NCBI RefSeq assembly: GCF_036321535.1
Contig: NC_087437.1
Location: 104,658,001 to 104,722,000 of the forward strand
Direction of reading: 5' to 3'
DNA: 64,000 nt
Origin: Camelus dromedarius
Lineage: Eukaryota
In this document: positions 53,483 through 64,000 of the stretch, one piece after another
How the letters are laid out: each line of letters starts with the position of its first letter
Numbering within the stretch: the first letter of the stretch is position 1
Made by a program: the position numbers and the translations under genes
Notes under the pieces: generated by a model
What the model saw: only the letters and a program-made list of their open reading frames with translations
What the model was told of the DNA's origin: nothing
The model's database searches: none

Positions 53483-55240
53483 CTATTCTAAGTCGACCCC
53501 AGTCAGTCTGATGTGATTACTGGCTGGTGGCTCCAGCTGATAAGTAGGCCTTTTGGGGGTGCTCTCTTTCCATCCTTTCTGTTTGGGCACTTGTTCTTCC
53601 AGTGTCCTGTCTCTCGGCAGTATGCGCACTGGTCTCGGCCCAGGGGCATCCATGGCTGGGGTCCCCTCTTCCGGGGTGGTGCAGGATTCTGGCTGAAGCT
53701 TGTTTTCCCCAGGGCTGCTGCAAGGAGTGGCTTTCTGCTTCATTTGCTGGTCTGCTTCTCATTGGGCTTCCCGTTCTTGGTTTACAAAAACTTTGTTTGC
53801 TACTTCCAGCAGCTGTGCAGCGTTCATCCCTGTGAATCCATCCAGTTTTTGGAGTTTCTGGCGTATATCTGGGTATGATTGGGCTACGAAGGCAGCGTTG
53901 ACCATCTGCTGGTTTTCTTGGGCCTCAGGATCAAAAGGAGTGTAGACTCGGAATGCTTCACATAGTCTCTCATAGAAGTCAGTGGGGGTTCCATCTGGCC
54001 TCTGGGTCACCATGGTCATTTTAGACATGTTAGTTGGCTTCTTGGCTCCCGCTCTTAGCCCTTGTAGGATGGCCTCCTGGTACTCATGCAGCGCTTCTCT
54101 TCCTTTTTGGGTGTTAAAGTCCCAGTCTGGTCTGGTGTCAGGGGCATGTGTCATGGCCCATCCCTCAACATCCATTGTGTCCCCAGGGGCTTGGCCCTGC
54201 AGCCATTTTCATGCTTCAGTGAGAATGCTTCTCCTCTCCTCCATATTGAAAAGAGTCAGAAGCAGACATCTTCCCAGCTGGGCTGGTGAGAATGGAAGAT
54301 AGACTCTACGAGGTCAATCATAGCCTGCGGCTTGGCAGCCTGATTACAGTCGTCATATACCACCAAGTAGAAATCCTCGTGCGCTGGACAGAGACCAAAT
54401 ATTTGTATGACTTTTCAAAAGAGCCCAAGGCTGTCCCAGCATCGCTTCGGGACTGGGCAGGGGCTGGCGCTCCCCGACAGTTGCCATGGAGGCGGCGGCC
54501 GAGGTGGAGGCGGTGCCAGGGCTGCAGGGGCTGCTGCTGCTGCTATTGCTGGGCGGCTTTTCAGAGTAGGAAGGAGTATGATGGCGCCAATTGAGAAGGG
54601 CTGTGGTGCTAAAGGGTTGGTAGCAGATTACGGGGTTCCTGGGCTGAACAGTCCTGTTTTCCCCAACTTGTTGTGGCCCTTGTGTCTCCCGCAGCGGCAT
54701 TTGGAGGGCCAGTGGTGCTGGCTTCCCGGCTTGTGCTGAGCGGATTCTCCTTCCTACCGGCTCAGGCTGGGGGCTGGGCTCTGCCTCTGGGTCCTCAGAC
54801 GGGAGGTGTTGTTGCCCCGGGGGCATACGGAGGGGGTAGGCATATCTGTCTTCTGCGTCTCCCTGGAAAATAGGTTTTTTTCTGTCTGTCTTTTTGGCCT
54901 GGACTGGCTGGGCTGCTAATATTTTACATTGTCCAGGTCCATTTGGGCAGAACCGAATCCATGGGGGTAGAGTCTGGGCGATATTCAGCCAGGAGTCAAT
55001 GTAAGGGAATTGATCTGGGTGGCCTGGGGTTCCAATGATTATTTGATAGACTGCTCACACTGTTGCTAGGTCCAGAGTTCCTCCTGAGGGCCACACGACT
55101 CCAAAGGCCAGCCATTTAAGCTCACACAAAGTGCGGAGCCTGCCAGGGGTCATTCAAATTCCACAGTCTCCTGGGAACCCCTTTTTGAAATTCTTAATCA
55201 TGCAGTCTAGAGTGGCGGGTTTTGACTTAGAGCCTCCCAT
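53483..55240 (-). pseudogene. gag: gag pseudogene (MA, PPPY late domain, CA, single-knuckle NC) with stops, frameshifts and a host-derived insert
   Basis: MGGSKSKP...GHPDQFPYIDSW (MA); PPPY at 54825-54836; MPLRE..YQPFSTTALLNW (CA N-terminus); QRPDGTPTDFYERLCEAFRVYTPFDPE (MHR); CAYCRETGHWKNKC at 53587-53628; TAG at 53483-53485. Confidence 0.93.
54323..54559 (-). pseudogene. ATXN7: Captured ATXN7 (ataxin-7) mRNA-derived fragment inside gag CA
   Basis: Three pieces: QQ*QQQQPLQP (CAG tract), PGTASTSAAASMATVGERQPLPSPEAMLGQPW and GLF*KVIQIFGLCPAHEDFYLVVYDDCNQAAKPQA. Recalled human ataxin-7 reads PGAASTSAAAMATVGERRPLPSPEVMLGQSW and GLCREDMPIFGFCPAHDDFYLVVCNDCNQVVKPQA. Confidence 0.88.
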
Positions 55241-56357
55241 TTTTTTAGATGTTTGGGAAGGTAGCCTTTATATCTTTTCTTCACTCCTCAAAACACCGGA
55301 GTTCCCAGAGAGACTGCTCTCTTGCTGGGTCTATGAGTTGTCTGAAGGCTAATTTGGTCAAGGAGTCTGGGTTCCAGTCACAGCTGATGTCTCTGGAGCT
55401 CAAGGCCCCAAGCAGTTCCAGGGACTTTCTTCATTAAATCCTCTCTATATCCTGAACTAATGTATCAGGGGCGTGGGACTGATGGCAGATGGTAAAACAA
55501 ATGGACTAGAAAAGGGACCTCCAAGGCCAGGTAAGCCCGGTCCTGAAGGAATTCGTCTTCTAAACTCGAGTCCTGGGGGCCTGGGGGTAGGCAAAAGGGG
55601 CACTACGTGGGTCTGTTCTGTACGGGAAACTAAGTCTCGGGTGTTCTGTGACAGAATCAGGTAGGAGACTTTTCAAAGAAATAGCATCCTAGCCTCCGAG
55701 GGCACAGGGGCGTTGACTCATTGGCTATCTATGTCCTTTTCCCTCCCAGTATAGCCACCCTGTGCCGGTGTCGCAGACAAGACAAGGGAGGGTTTTCGTT
55801 GTGTCCGCCTGGCCGCTCCCCTCGTGGGGATGAAGGTGCCTCTTAGCTTTGGCGGGTCTGTATAAGCCGCTGACTCCGATCGGGACCCTGAGGGACCGAT
55901 ACCGCCCTGAGCCGTATGAGGTCACCACGGAACTGCAGGTTGGGACTCACTCGAACTCCGTAGCAGAATGCTGTGGAGCTACAAACTCGAGCCTGATCGC
56001 ATGCTTCACAGGCCGCTCATTCACTCACACACACACACAGAGGTTAACAACATTCTTCCCACCAATACCAATATCCTGTTTCCTGTAGGAGGGGATCCGC
56101 CTCCTCTTCTGTCCAATGGGACAGGACCTGATACCTCCCGGGGGTTCCTACCTTGTCCGGACGGCCACCTGGTGAGTCTGTCCGTCCCTCCATGGAGTCT
56201 GGATCTGGTTGTAGCCCAGCCACCCGGGGGCCGAGTTGCCGTCATGAAAGAGAATCCGAAATATCATCGGGCGGCGCCACCTCGTTCGCTGCCGGAATCC
56301 TGTCCCCCGGTCGGCTGGAGCCACCAGTCCAGCGGCTCAAGGGGCCGGCGTGGTTGT

Positions 56358-56375
56358 ATCTCGCTGGGGCCTCCA
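56358..56375 (-). promoter_or_regulatory. Primer-binding site, tRNA-Thr(UGU)
   Basis: Viral-sense TGGAGGCCCCAGCGAGAT lies 4 nt after the 5' LTR. It is complementary to the recalled mammalian tRNA-Thr(UGU) 3' end ...ATCTCGCTGGGGCCTCCA. Confidence 0.85.
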
Positions 56376-56379
56376 GAAA

Positions 56380-56832
56380 TGTTACGGAAACGACAGGCCA
56401 GCCAAGAAACAAGCACCACTCGGAGGGTTGGAGTACTCAGATGTATTACGCCGGCGGGCTCAGAGGGGCTTCTGCTCTGAAGCTCTGAGCACCTTCAAGA
56501 CGTGCACATGAGGTTTTATAGGGTAAAGTACAAGCTTGGGGTGTTCGGCCAATAGGCATGGAACAGCTTTAGCAGCATTATCATCACAAAGGTGGAGGCG
56601 GGGAGGCAGCAAGCCAACATTCCAAAGCCAGATATGTATCTTTGAAAATCCAGCTGGCTAGCAAAAAAACATGAACAGCAAACCAACGCTAATTAACCTA
56701 GATTTACAAGTTAGTCCAGCAGAACTCAGATCAGTATTCCAATACTTAGACTTGTTAGCGCAGCCCAGCCTCTCCTTCACGTTCCTAGACCTGTGAGTTA
56801 TCTTGTTAGTCCAGCCTGGTTTTTCCTTCACA
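56380..56832 (-). repeat. 5' LTR (453 bp)
   Basis: TG..CA ends, TATAAAA at 56514-56520, an inverted CCAAT box upstream of it, and AATACA at 56442-56447. Confidence 0.97.
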
Positions 56833-56944
56833 GAAGTACTGTAAACGTCAGAGTCAAGAAAAGAGGAGTATCAGGCACAAACTGAAGTTACAGCTAGTAT
56901 CTTAACCACCATATCCTATAAAGAAAGTTTTTAGCAGTAGAGGG

Positions 56945-57422
56945 TATCGACTAAAACAAGTGCACAGCCTAAAAATTGAGAGTTATATTTTATTGGCGGG
57001 AGGACTCCAGCCGGATGACAGCTTTGCAGATGGCTCTGAGGGACTGCTCCCAAGAGGTAGGGGAGGAGCCAGGATATATAGGTGTTTTTACAACAGAGAC
57101 CAGGTAGTTGGAACATTAAAAGATTACCTTTTATCTAAAGAAAACCAGGCATCTCAAGTTAAAGAATTTAGTGCTTTTCCGTGTATGGGAGGAAGCAAAC
57201 ATTTGGGCTCACTGAATTCATTCCTTTGACAAGCACCTAGCTGTCTAGGGCCAGTATCCTGTCCTTTCTTATTCTGAGTGCCCTCAGGGTGCACCATTGT
57301 GAGTGGCTGCAGATTCCGGGCTGCAGGCTTGCCTTCACTGGGGGGTGGCGGCAGCCGCTGATGACTTGATGGGTTCCGCATTCTTTGTTTACTGATGTGG
57401 TTTGCAGTATTTTTCATTCACA
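56945..57422 (-). mobile_element. ERV1-class solo LTR (478 bp), different family
   Basis: 4-bp TSD AGGG at 56941-56944 and 57423-57426. Viral sense starts tgtgaatgaaaaatactgc and contains TATATA and AATAAA. One terminal dinucleotide is mutated. Confidence 0.85.
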
Positions 57423-58184
57423 AGGGTCACAGAATAAAGGAGCAGCAGTATAGTAGCTACATAGTAACACCTTTTTTCCTTCATCTTAAAGAGAAGAAAG
57501 GCATATGATTAGAGCTATAGAAAAGAGGCATTAACTAGAATTGTGATTTAATGAGAAATGAGTATCAACTCACAAGAAAAGACCTCCCTGCCATCTGTGA
57601 TTTTTAATCACAGAGCTAAAAGTAACATCTAGTTGTGAAAAGAAGAATGCAAGAGAGAAAAACTCTAGTATCTTTAAAAATGAAATCATGTTAATCTTAG
57701 AAATATCTAATCCAAACTACTAATCTGAACCCACAATCCTGAAGCTGGAAATTTAAGAAAAGGTCTCAGGCCAGGAAGACCTTCAGCCAGCCTAAAGGGG
57801 TCAGCAAAGTAATTATTCAAGATTTGCTGAAGATGGACAGGATAGCCTCTTACCTTTATAGAAGGCATCCATTTGAATGTTTCACATTTTTATTTCTTCC
57901 TTGTTTCTAAAGTTACTTGTATCTTATTGAGAGGAGTGAATTTATACTGATCAGCAGAAACATTTCTGTCTGAAAAGCTAAAAAAAGATAATATGATTAT
58001 TGATGAAGCTACAGGTGATCAGAAGACCACAGATGGAGAATAGAAAGGGGTCAGTTTATTAGAAGGTATTAAAAATATCCAGCAGAAACTATTGAACCCC
58101 TTGTATCATCTTTCTAATGAAAATGACCCAAAATTTACTTTAGATATTTAAGTGAAATTTTAATATCCATTATTTTAATCCACC

Positions 58185-58754
58185 TGTTACCCTAAAAGGT
58201 AAAGACTCTTGTTCTTGTCATACCCAGAAGACAAGTTTGTAGTCGGGAGATGGTGCACTGTGCAGCAAAATAATTTGAAAGAATTATTTTAAAAGAAAGG
58301 AAAAGTACACCCCTGAGAATGGGAGGCGGGCTGATCCAAGGCAGGAGAGGCAGCGTTTTTTACCTCCCCTTTCTCTTACACCCTCGCTGAGAGGTGGTCT
58401 TTTGATTGATTGATTGATGGCTCTCTTCCCTGGAATGCTTAGTCATGTCTGGGCCCTTTGCGCATGTCCTTACCCAGTGTGTACACAGAAAAACCCATAG
58501 AGTCCGGGGAAGCCTAAACTTCAATGTTAATTATAATACAATGAATATTTGTTATGTCTGGTTAAGTCCTTTCTGCTACCACGCAGTCGTGGCTATAGGG
58601 TTTTAACCAGTTTTTTGTTTGTTTGTTTTTGCTGGCACTGATTTAGAAGAAGTAAAGTCCCTTCATGCTGGAGGCAGACATGGCACCGTCTTCTGGACCA
58701 TCCTCCCTCTCCTCCACCTATCTGCTCAGGGCCCCCACTTATCTACCTACCTCA
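58185..58754 (-). mobile_element. Older ERV1-class solo LTR (~570 bp)
   Basis: tgttacc...ctacctacctca termini and LTR-like composition. The TSD is not cleanly preserved. Confidence 0.6.
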
Positions 58755-59227
58755 TACACTTACATCCCAATCCAGGAAATGATCACAGCCTAAGAAAACA
58801 AATGGCTTTACTATTGTTGTATACGCATAAAAGTTAAATGTAATTAACTCATATGATTGTCAAAATATCTCTAGGTTTTCTGAAAGCCAAGGCAGAAACA
58901 TAAAAATAAGGAGTTTAATGGTCCACATGAGAAAGGAAGAGACATACACATTTTTAAAAAACTGTTAAAATAATCTCTGTTGATTGACAACTTAGAACTT
59001 ATCTATAATTCTCACAGGCAACAGGAAAATAATGATGTGGCTTAGTGAGAAGATTTTAGATTTTTACTTCTCGTCTACTTTAAAATCTTGTCCTTTGATC
59101 CAGTTTTCTTCTCCCTTTCTTCTTCCCACCATCACTAAAACAATACACGGTTATTGTTAACCTTCGCTCTGAAAGTGATGGAGGAAGTGATGCCTGAGCT
59201 CTAACCACTGAGCTTCTAAATCACTTT

Positions 59228-59410
59228 CAGCGGGGGATGGGGGTGGGAGAATGGGAAAAACGGGTGAAGGTCGTCAAAGGATGCAGACTTCCAGCTATGG
59301 GGCAACTAAGCTCCGGGAATGTCATGTACAGCATAGTGACTTCAGTTAACAATATTGCATTGTGTGCTGCAAAGTTGCTAAGAAAATAAATCTTGAAAGA
59401 TCTCATCACA
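59228..59410 (+). mobile_element. L1MA9-like 3' end followed by (CA)n
   Basis: 'gggtgaaggtcgtcaaagg...atgtacagcatagtgact..agttaacaatattgcattgt...aaagttgctaaga...tctcatcaca'. Confidence 0.7.
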
Positions 59411-59772
59411 CACACACACACACACACACACAAACCTGTGTATATATATATGGCAAATCATCACCTTGGGATAGTTTTCCAGGTCCACCATCTTACTAAC
59501 AGACTCCAGCCGCATGTCAGTCTGAGCTGCATTCCTAACTTAGAAGCATATCTCTGTGCAAAAATGAACATGAAAAGTGTTCAGTCTTAAGACAGTTCAT
59601 TTGTGAATGTGGAACTTCTTGGTTATTGGAATAAATAAACCTTAATATATAAGACATGTAAATTGAGAAGTAAATACAAAGTGACTTAAAAATCAAGATT
59701 CAATCTTTCGTTTGAGAAATATTTCTTCCAAGAGTTACTGCTTATCAATGACACAAGTAGAGTGTGCTTATG

Positions 59773-60232
59773 TGTACTGATTTCCTTTTTGCTGCTGTAA
59801 CACCATCTCACAAATTTAGTGACTTAACAACAATATTAGGTCCATTCCCCTACAGTTCTGGAGGTCTGAAGTCCAGAATCACTGGGCTAAAATCAAGGTG
59901 TCAGCAGGACTGTCTGTGTGGAGGCTTGAAGGGGAGAATGTGTCTTCAAGCTTTTTCAGCTTCTAGTGGTTGCTTGTGCTCTTCCTCCATCCTCAGAGAG
60001 CATCGCTCCAGTCTCTGCTTCAGTCATCCCATCCTCTTTCCCCTTGTCTCTGACTCTGTGTGCATTGCTCTTACAAGTACCATTGTGACGCACTGAACCA
60101 ACCTGAGTAATCTCTCCCATTTTAAGACCCTTAATCTTACATGCAACGACTATTTTTTTCCATATTAGGTGACATGCACAGGCTTTATGGCTTCAGGCAT
60201 GGCCACATTTGGGGGCTATTTTTCCTGCCACA
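59773..60232 (-). mobile_element. MLT1 (ERVL-MaLR) solo LTR
   Basis: 'tgctgctgtaaca', 'tacagttctggaggtctgaagtcc', 'ctgggctaaaatcaaggtgtcagcagg'. Confidence 0.8.
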
Positions 60233-62805
60233 CAATCGCTATATAGTTCATAATTGTAACTGGATTCCATGACATGAAGAGCTAGCTCTACTACTACTAA
60301 TAATATGTAAAAAAAGTTAAATAGAACATGACTAAAGAGAAAGTAATTTAAAAGTAATATTCACATACTATCTGAAGAAGCATAAAATACGATTTTAAGA
60401 TAATCATCAATAACCTACTAAAATCCTAAAAGTATGTCTGTCTTACATCAAAATATAAAAAATGTGGAATTATAAAATGGAGAAATTATCTAAATGATAT
60501 TAATATCAGGTAATTACTTACTAACTTCAGCATATTTCAATATAATTTCAAAATAGATCCACAGATTCTCCTTAATGAAAGCAACACAATGAACCTGAAG
60601 GACAGCTGTTTTGAAGTGACTGAACTGAGGTTCATGAAACTTGAGAAATGTGTTAATAGAAATGATTATTAATTGAATCCTAGCATTTAGTTTCCCCGGC
60701 TCCTAATACTACATTCTAAGTGAGAGATTCTCACACATCTTGATATTAAATTTAACAATTGAGACTCTGAAATATAGTTTAGCTTCTTATTAGATAATTT
60801 GCCCTTTGAAAAAGTAGGGTAGGAGGAACAGGGCAAGAGGGAGGTTGAGGGAGAGGGAAATAGAGAAGAAACTTATCGATAAGGTAAAGTTTTAATCTTG
60901 CACTCAGTCCATGAGTGGATTTGTCTTTCCATAGCAATAAGTACAGATTTATTCTTGTTATTGTCTTTGTTTCAATTTCAAGTAGAGACAGTTAATAGAA
61001 CACTATCTCAAACTGTTTGTATGTGATCCTAGAATGCTTATGAAGTACTTATTGTTCAAAATATTGCTAATTAAATTGAATTAAAATGGACTACTGCCTA
61101 TTCTAATTGACTTTGTTATCAAATATATCTTAAGATAGAATCATTAGAATAAATGTAGACTAAAAATAGAAGTGTAACTTTTAGTTCATTATTAATGTAC
61201 CAATAGTGGAAAATTGGTTAGAAAAATTGTATTTAATAAGAAAATATCAGTAGTTGATTATGCTTTCTCTTTTACTATCTTTTGTTTCTCCTTTTTAAAG
61301 CATGTATCTGTTTAAAGCTTACTATGCAGATGTTGCATTTTAGGAAAACATTTGTAAAACAGCTTAAGATGAAGAGTTCATTGTTACTCATGTAAAAGGG
61401 GGTATTTTTTGTCATAAAGAATGTTTGCTACAACTGAGTTATCAAGTAACACCTGAAATGGTATATAGAGGAGTTTGTTTTTTTTTGTTTTTTTTTTTTT
61501 AGGGAATCTAAAAAGTTTTCACTGAAACTAGAAGGCTTAACCATCTTTGCAATACTCTTTCATTAGCTCCTTTCTCCAAAAACACCCCCACAGCATATTG
61601 TCTCATGTCTGAAATCAAATAACATGGCTTCAAAAACCCTTTTAAAAGTGCAGCTTTAATGGCTATAAAAGTAACTGGACTAACCTTCACCACTCCCACA
61701 CTGTTACTCTGAGAGCTATAACTGCCTCATATTCAGTTGCCACTGCCTCAGATACTTTTGGAATGTGACATGGAATAAAAATGCATCTGTATTCATATTC
61801 ATGTTATGAGAAAACAACTAACTAAAACAATGTATGTATATAGTTTGACCAACTTTCAAAGTTCTCTTTGTTTAGATGAATTTGATGTCATCATGTGCAT
61901 ATTTTTAACCAGAATGTTCTAAGTGGTTCTAGGAAAACATGATTTTTCAGTCCAGAAATAATTTTTTTCCATTCCTCCTGCCATCTCACAAATAACTAGC
62001 TCATTTTTTGTTTGTTTGTTTGTTTGAGGGGGTAGCATCCTTACCTTACACTCAGTGTCCTAAGTCAAAGTGAGCCGCGCTTGCTTTCCTCTTCTCTCTC
62101 ATCCCCTGTATTCAATTTGCTGCCACACTTTATCATTTCCCTGTTCTTTAATAGTTCTCTATTTTATGCACTCTTACTGGTGCTCATTTAGTTTCATCCT
62201 TCATCATCTCTTACTATTCTAATTCATTTTTTGATTGTACAATTACATGGTTCTTTTCTATTTCTGTATCTAATCCAAATTGTTGCTATGTTGGTCTTTC
62301 TAAAAGACAGGTATCATACCCTCACCTTGCTTTAAACACTTCCTTTTTTCTCAATCATACATATTAGCATATTCTAAGTTGCTGGTTTTAGTTCATAAGA
62401 GGATTATAAAATCAATTTCATATGTCTGAACTGACAATTTTTAAGGAAATAGAAAATAATAAAATATAACAGAAGAGAAAAATAAATGATAAGAATAGTT
62501 TCATGAATACACACTTACCCATTCATCTCTGCATTTAAACATACAAAAACTGTTTTTCAATGTGGTTCCCATTCAAAAGTGGACTTGTACCACAACATCA
62601 AAGCTTCTTCCTTCAACATCAAGTCCCTTCATGGCACAGCCTGTGACCAAATGATCAACTTCATTTCTTGTAACTAAGCCCCTTGTACTGTCCTGAAATC
62701 CTGTACGCTTCATGATTCCTTAACCCATTGTGATTTATGGATGGATTCCAGACTCTCTTTAATATCTTAGCACAGACACTATCTCTATCAAGATAACATT
62801 CTATG

Positions 62806-62980
62806 CACTGGTTCTCAAACTTGAGTATACGTTAGAATTACTTTGAGTTTGTTCACATGCAGATGATTTAACCCAAATTCCCAGAAAGTCTGACTGAGTA
62901 TATCTGGGGTTGGGCCAGAGAATTTGCAGGTGATGCCATCGCTGTGGTTCCAGGGACCACAGTTTTAGTCCCATTGTTGT
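62806..62980. mobile_element. MER5A hAT fossil (similar degraded MER5 copies at ~32320-32500, ~46830-47015 and ~48870-49050)
   Basis: 'cactggttctcaaacttgagtat..gttagaatta...ggggttgggccagagaatttgca...gggaccacag'. Confidence 0.7.
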
Positions 62981-63644
62981 ATAGTCAACCTCTTAGTCAC
63001 AAAATAGGACAAGAGTCTCTAATCTGGATTCTGATGTTGAGCATGTTTTTATTATACATGTATCATGTTTCATAGATTCATTTGTTATAGTGAAATTATA
63101 TTTATTTTCATGACTTCCTTTGATAGCAGAAATAAGAGGCAATTTATTTGGGAGCAGGAAATATGTTTTCTTTTATGTGGAACACCTAATTAATAAAGAA
63201 TATGTAGTAGATGCTAAAATTCTTTATTTAAAGACTATCTTAATGAAAAACTGAATTTTGAAAGCTTTTACCATATTTAATATTGTAAATGTTTACTTTT
63301 CATACATTTAAAATATTCAGCAGGAAAAGGGCATGATGGTGTATTGAGTGCAATTATAGCTTCCAAACATGTCAAGTAATAATGAAATACTTCAGAGATA
63401 AAGGTGAGCACAGAAAGTTATTTCTTAGTCCCATTACTTATGTATTTATAATAATGAAAGGTATCATTAAGAAACTTTGAGAAGCTATTCTGAAAGTCAA
63501 TTTAAATGTCAGACAAAATTTTTAAAAATCTAATGTTCATGAGGTGAAAACATGTTTGGAATGAAATTTAAGTTAATGTCATAATACATTTCAGCAGTGT
63601 TGCAAAATTCAGTCAAATGTCTGGGAAGAAAAGAAGAGGAAAGT

Positions 63645-64000
63645 TAGATTTTTATCAACTCACACCTGTTAGAATGGCTATCATCAAAAAGACAAGAAAT
63701 AACAAGGGTTGGTGAGGATGTGGAGAAAAGGAAACTCCTGTGCACTGTTGGTAGGAATGTAAATTGGTGCAGCTGATATGGAAAATAGTAGGAAGGTTCC
63801 TCAAAAAATAAAAATAGAACTACCACATGATCCAGCAGTTTCACTCCTGGGTATTCATTCAAAGGAAACAAAAACACTATTGCAAAAAATGTATGCACCC
63901 TAGTGTTTATAGCAACATTATTTATAATAGCCAAGATAAAAAAAGCCACCTAAGGGCCCGAGGACAGACAGAATGGACAGATGACTGGATAAAGAAGATG
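63645..64000 (+). mobile_element. L1MA/MB ORF2 3' fragment running off the window
   Basis: 'ctcacacctgttagaatggctatcatcaaaaagacaagaaataacaag..ttggtgaggatgtggagaaaagg...tgttggtaggaatgtaaattggtgcagc'. Confidence 0.85.

Larger units (their letters stand above)
51754..56832 (-). mobile_element. Class I (gamma-like) endogenous retrovirus, internally deleted provirus, 5079 bp
   Basis: Paired LTRs, a 4-bp TSD GAAG (51750-51753 and 56833-56836), PBS, PPT, and gag-pro-pol-env remnants in order on the minus strand. Confidence 0.97.

Noticed and set aside
54323..54559. A genuine ATXN7 exon or an L1-made processed pseudogene
   Set aside because: Non-adjacent mRNA pieces are fused, a stop and frameshifts are present, and there are no splice sites or poly(A). 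The segment lies within proviral gag.
54286..54873. Plus-strand GC-rich ORFs with poly-Ala, poly-Gly or poly-Cys runs
   Set aside because: These are antisense readings of the ATXN7 CAG/GCC tracts and of gag, with no independent evidence of coding.
55968..56488. 170-aa and 111-aa plus-strand ORFs over the leader and LTR
   Set aside because: Antisense frames in GC-rich leader DNA with no recognisable domain.

Overview
AT-rich mammalian DNA (intergenic or deep intronic) with no host protein-coding exon that I can recognise. tRNA-Ala-derived SINEs of the camelid Vic-1 type suggest a camel, llama or alpaca genome (inference). The window is a mosaic of old L1, L2, MIR, MaLR and DNA-transposon fossils, two camelid SINEs, one young 5'-truncated L1 with a perfect 16-bp TSD, and four class I (ERV1) retroviral insertions between about 50 and 59 kb. 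The main feature is a 5.08-kb, internally deleted gamma-like provirus on the minus strand (51754-56832). It has ~98% identical LTRs, a 4-bp GAAG TSD and a tRNA-Thr PBS. Its gag capsid region carries a 226-nt insertion that translates into pieces of the host ataxin-7 (ATXN7) N-terminus: a CAG/polyQ remnant, 'MATVGERQPLPSPEAMLGQPW' and 'IFGLCPAHEDFYLVVYDDCNQAAKPQA'. The insert rejoins gag through a shared K-P-Q-A microhomology. This looks like retroviral capture of a spliced host mRNA, carried by a non-autonomous ERV. Repeat-family names and the ATXN7 identification come from my recall of consensus and protein sequences, not from a database search.
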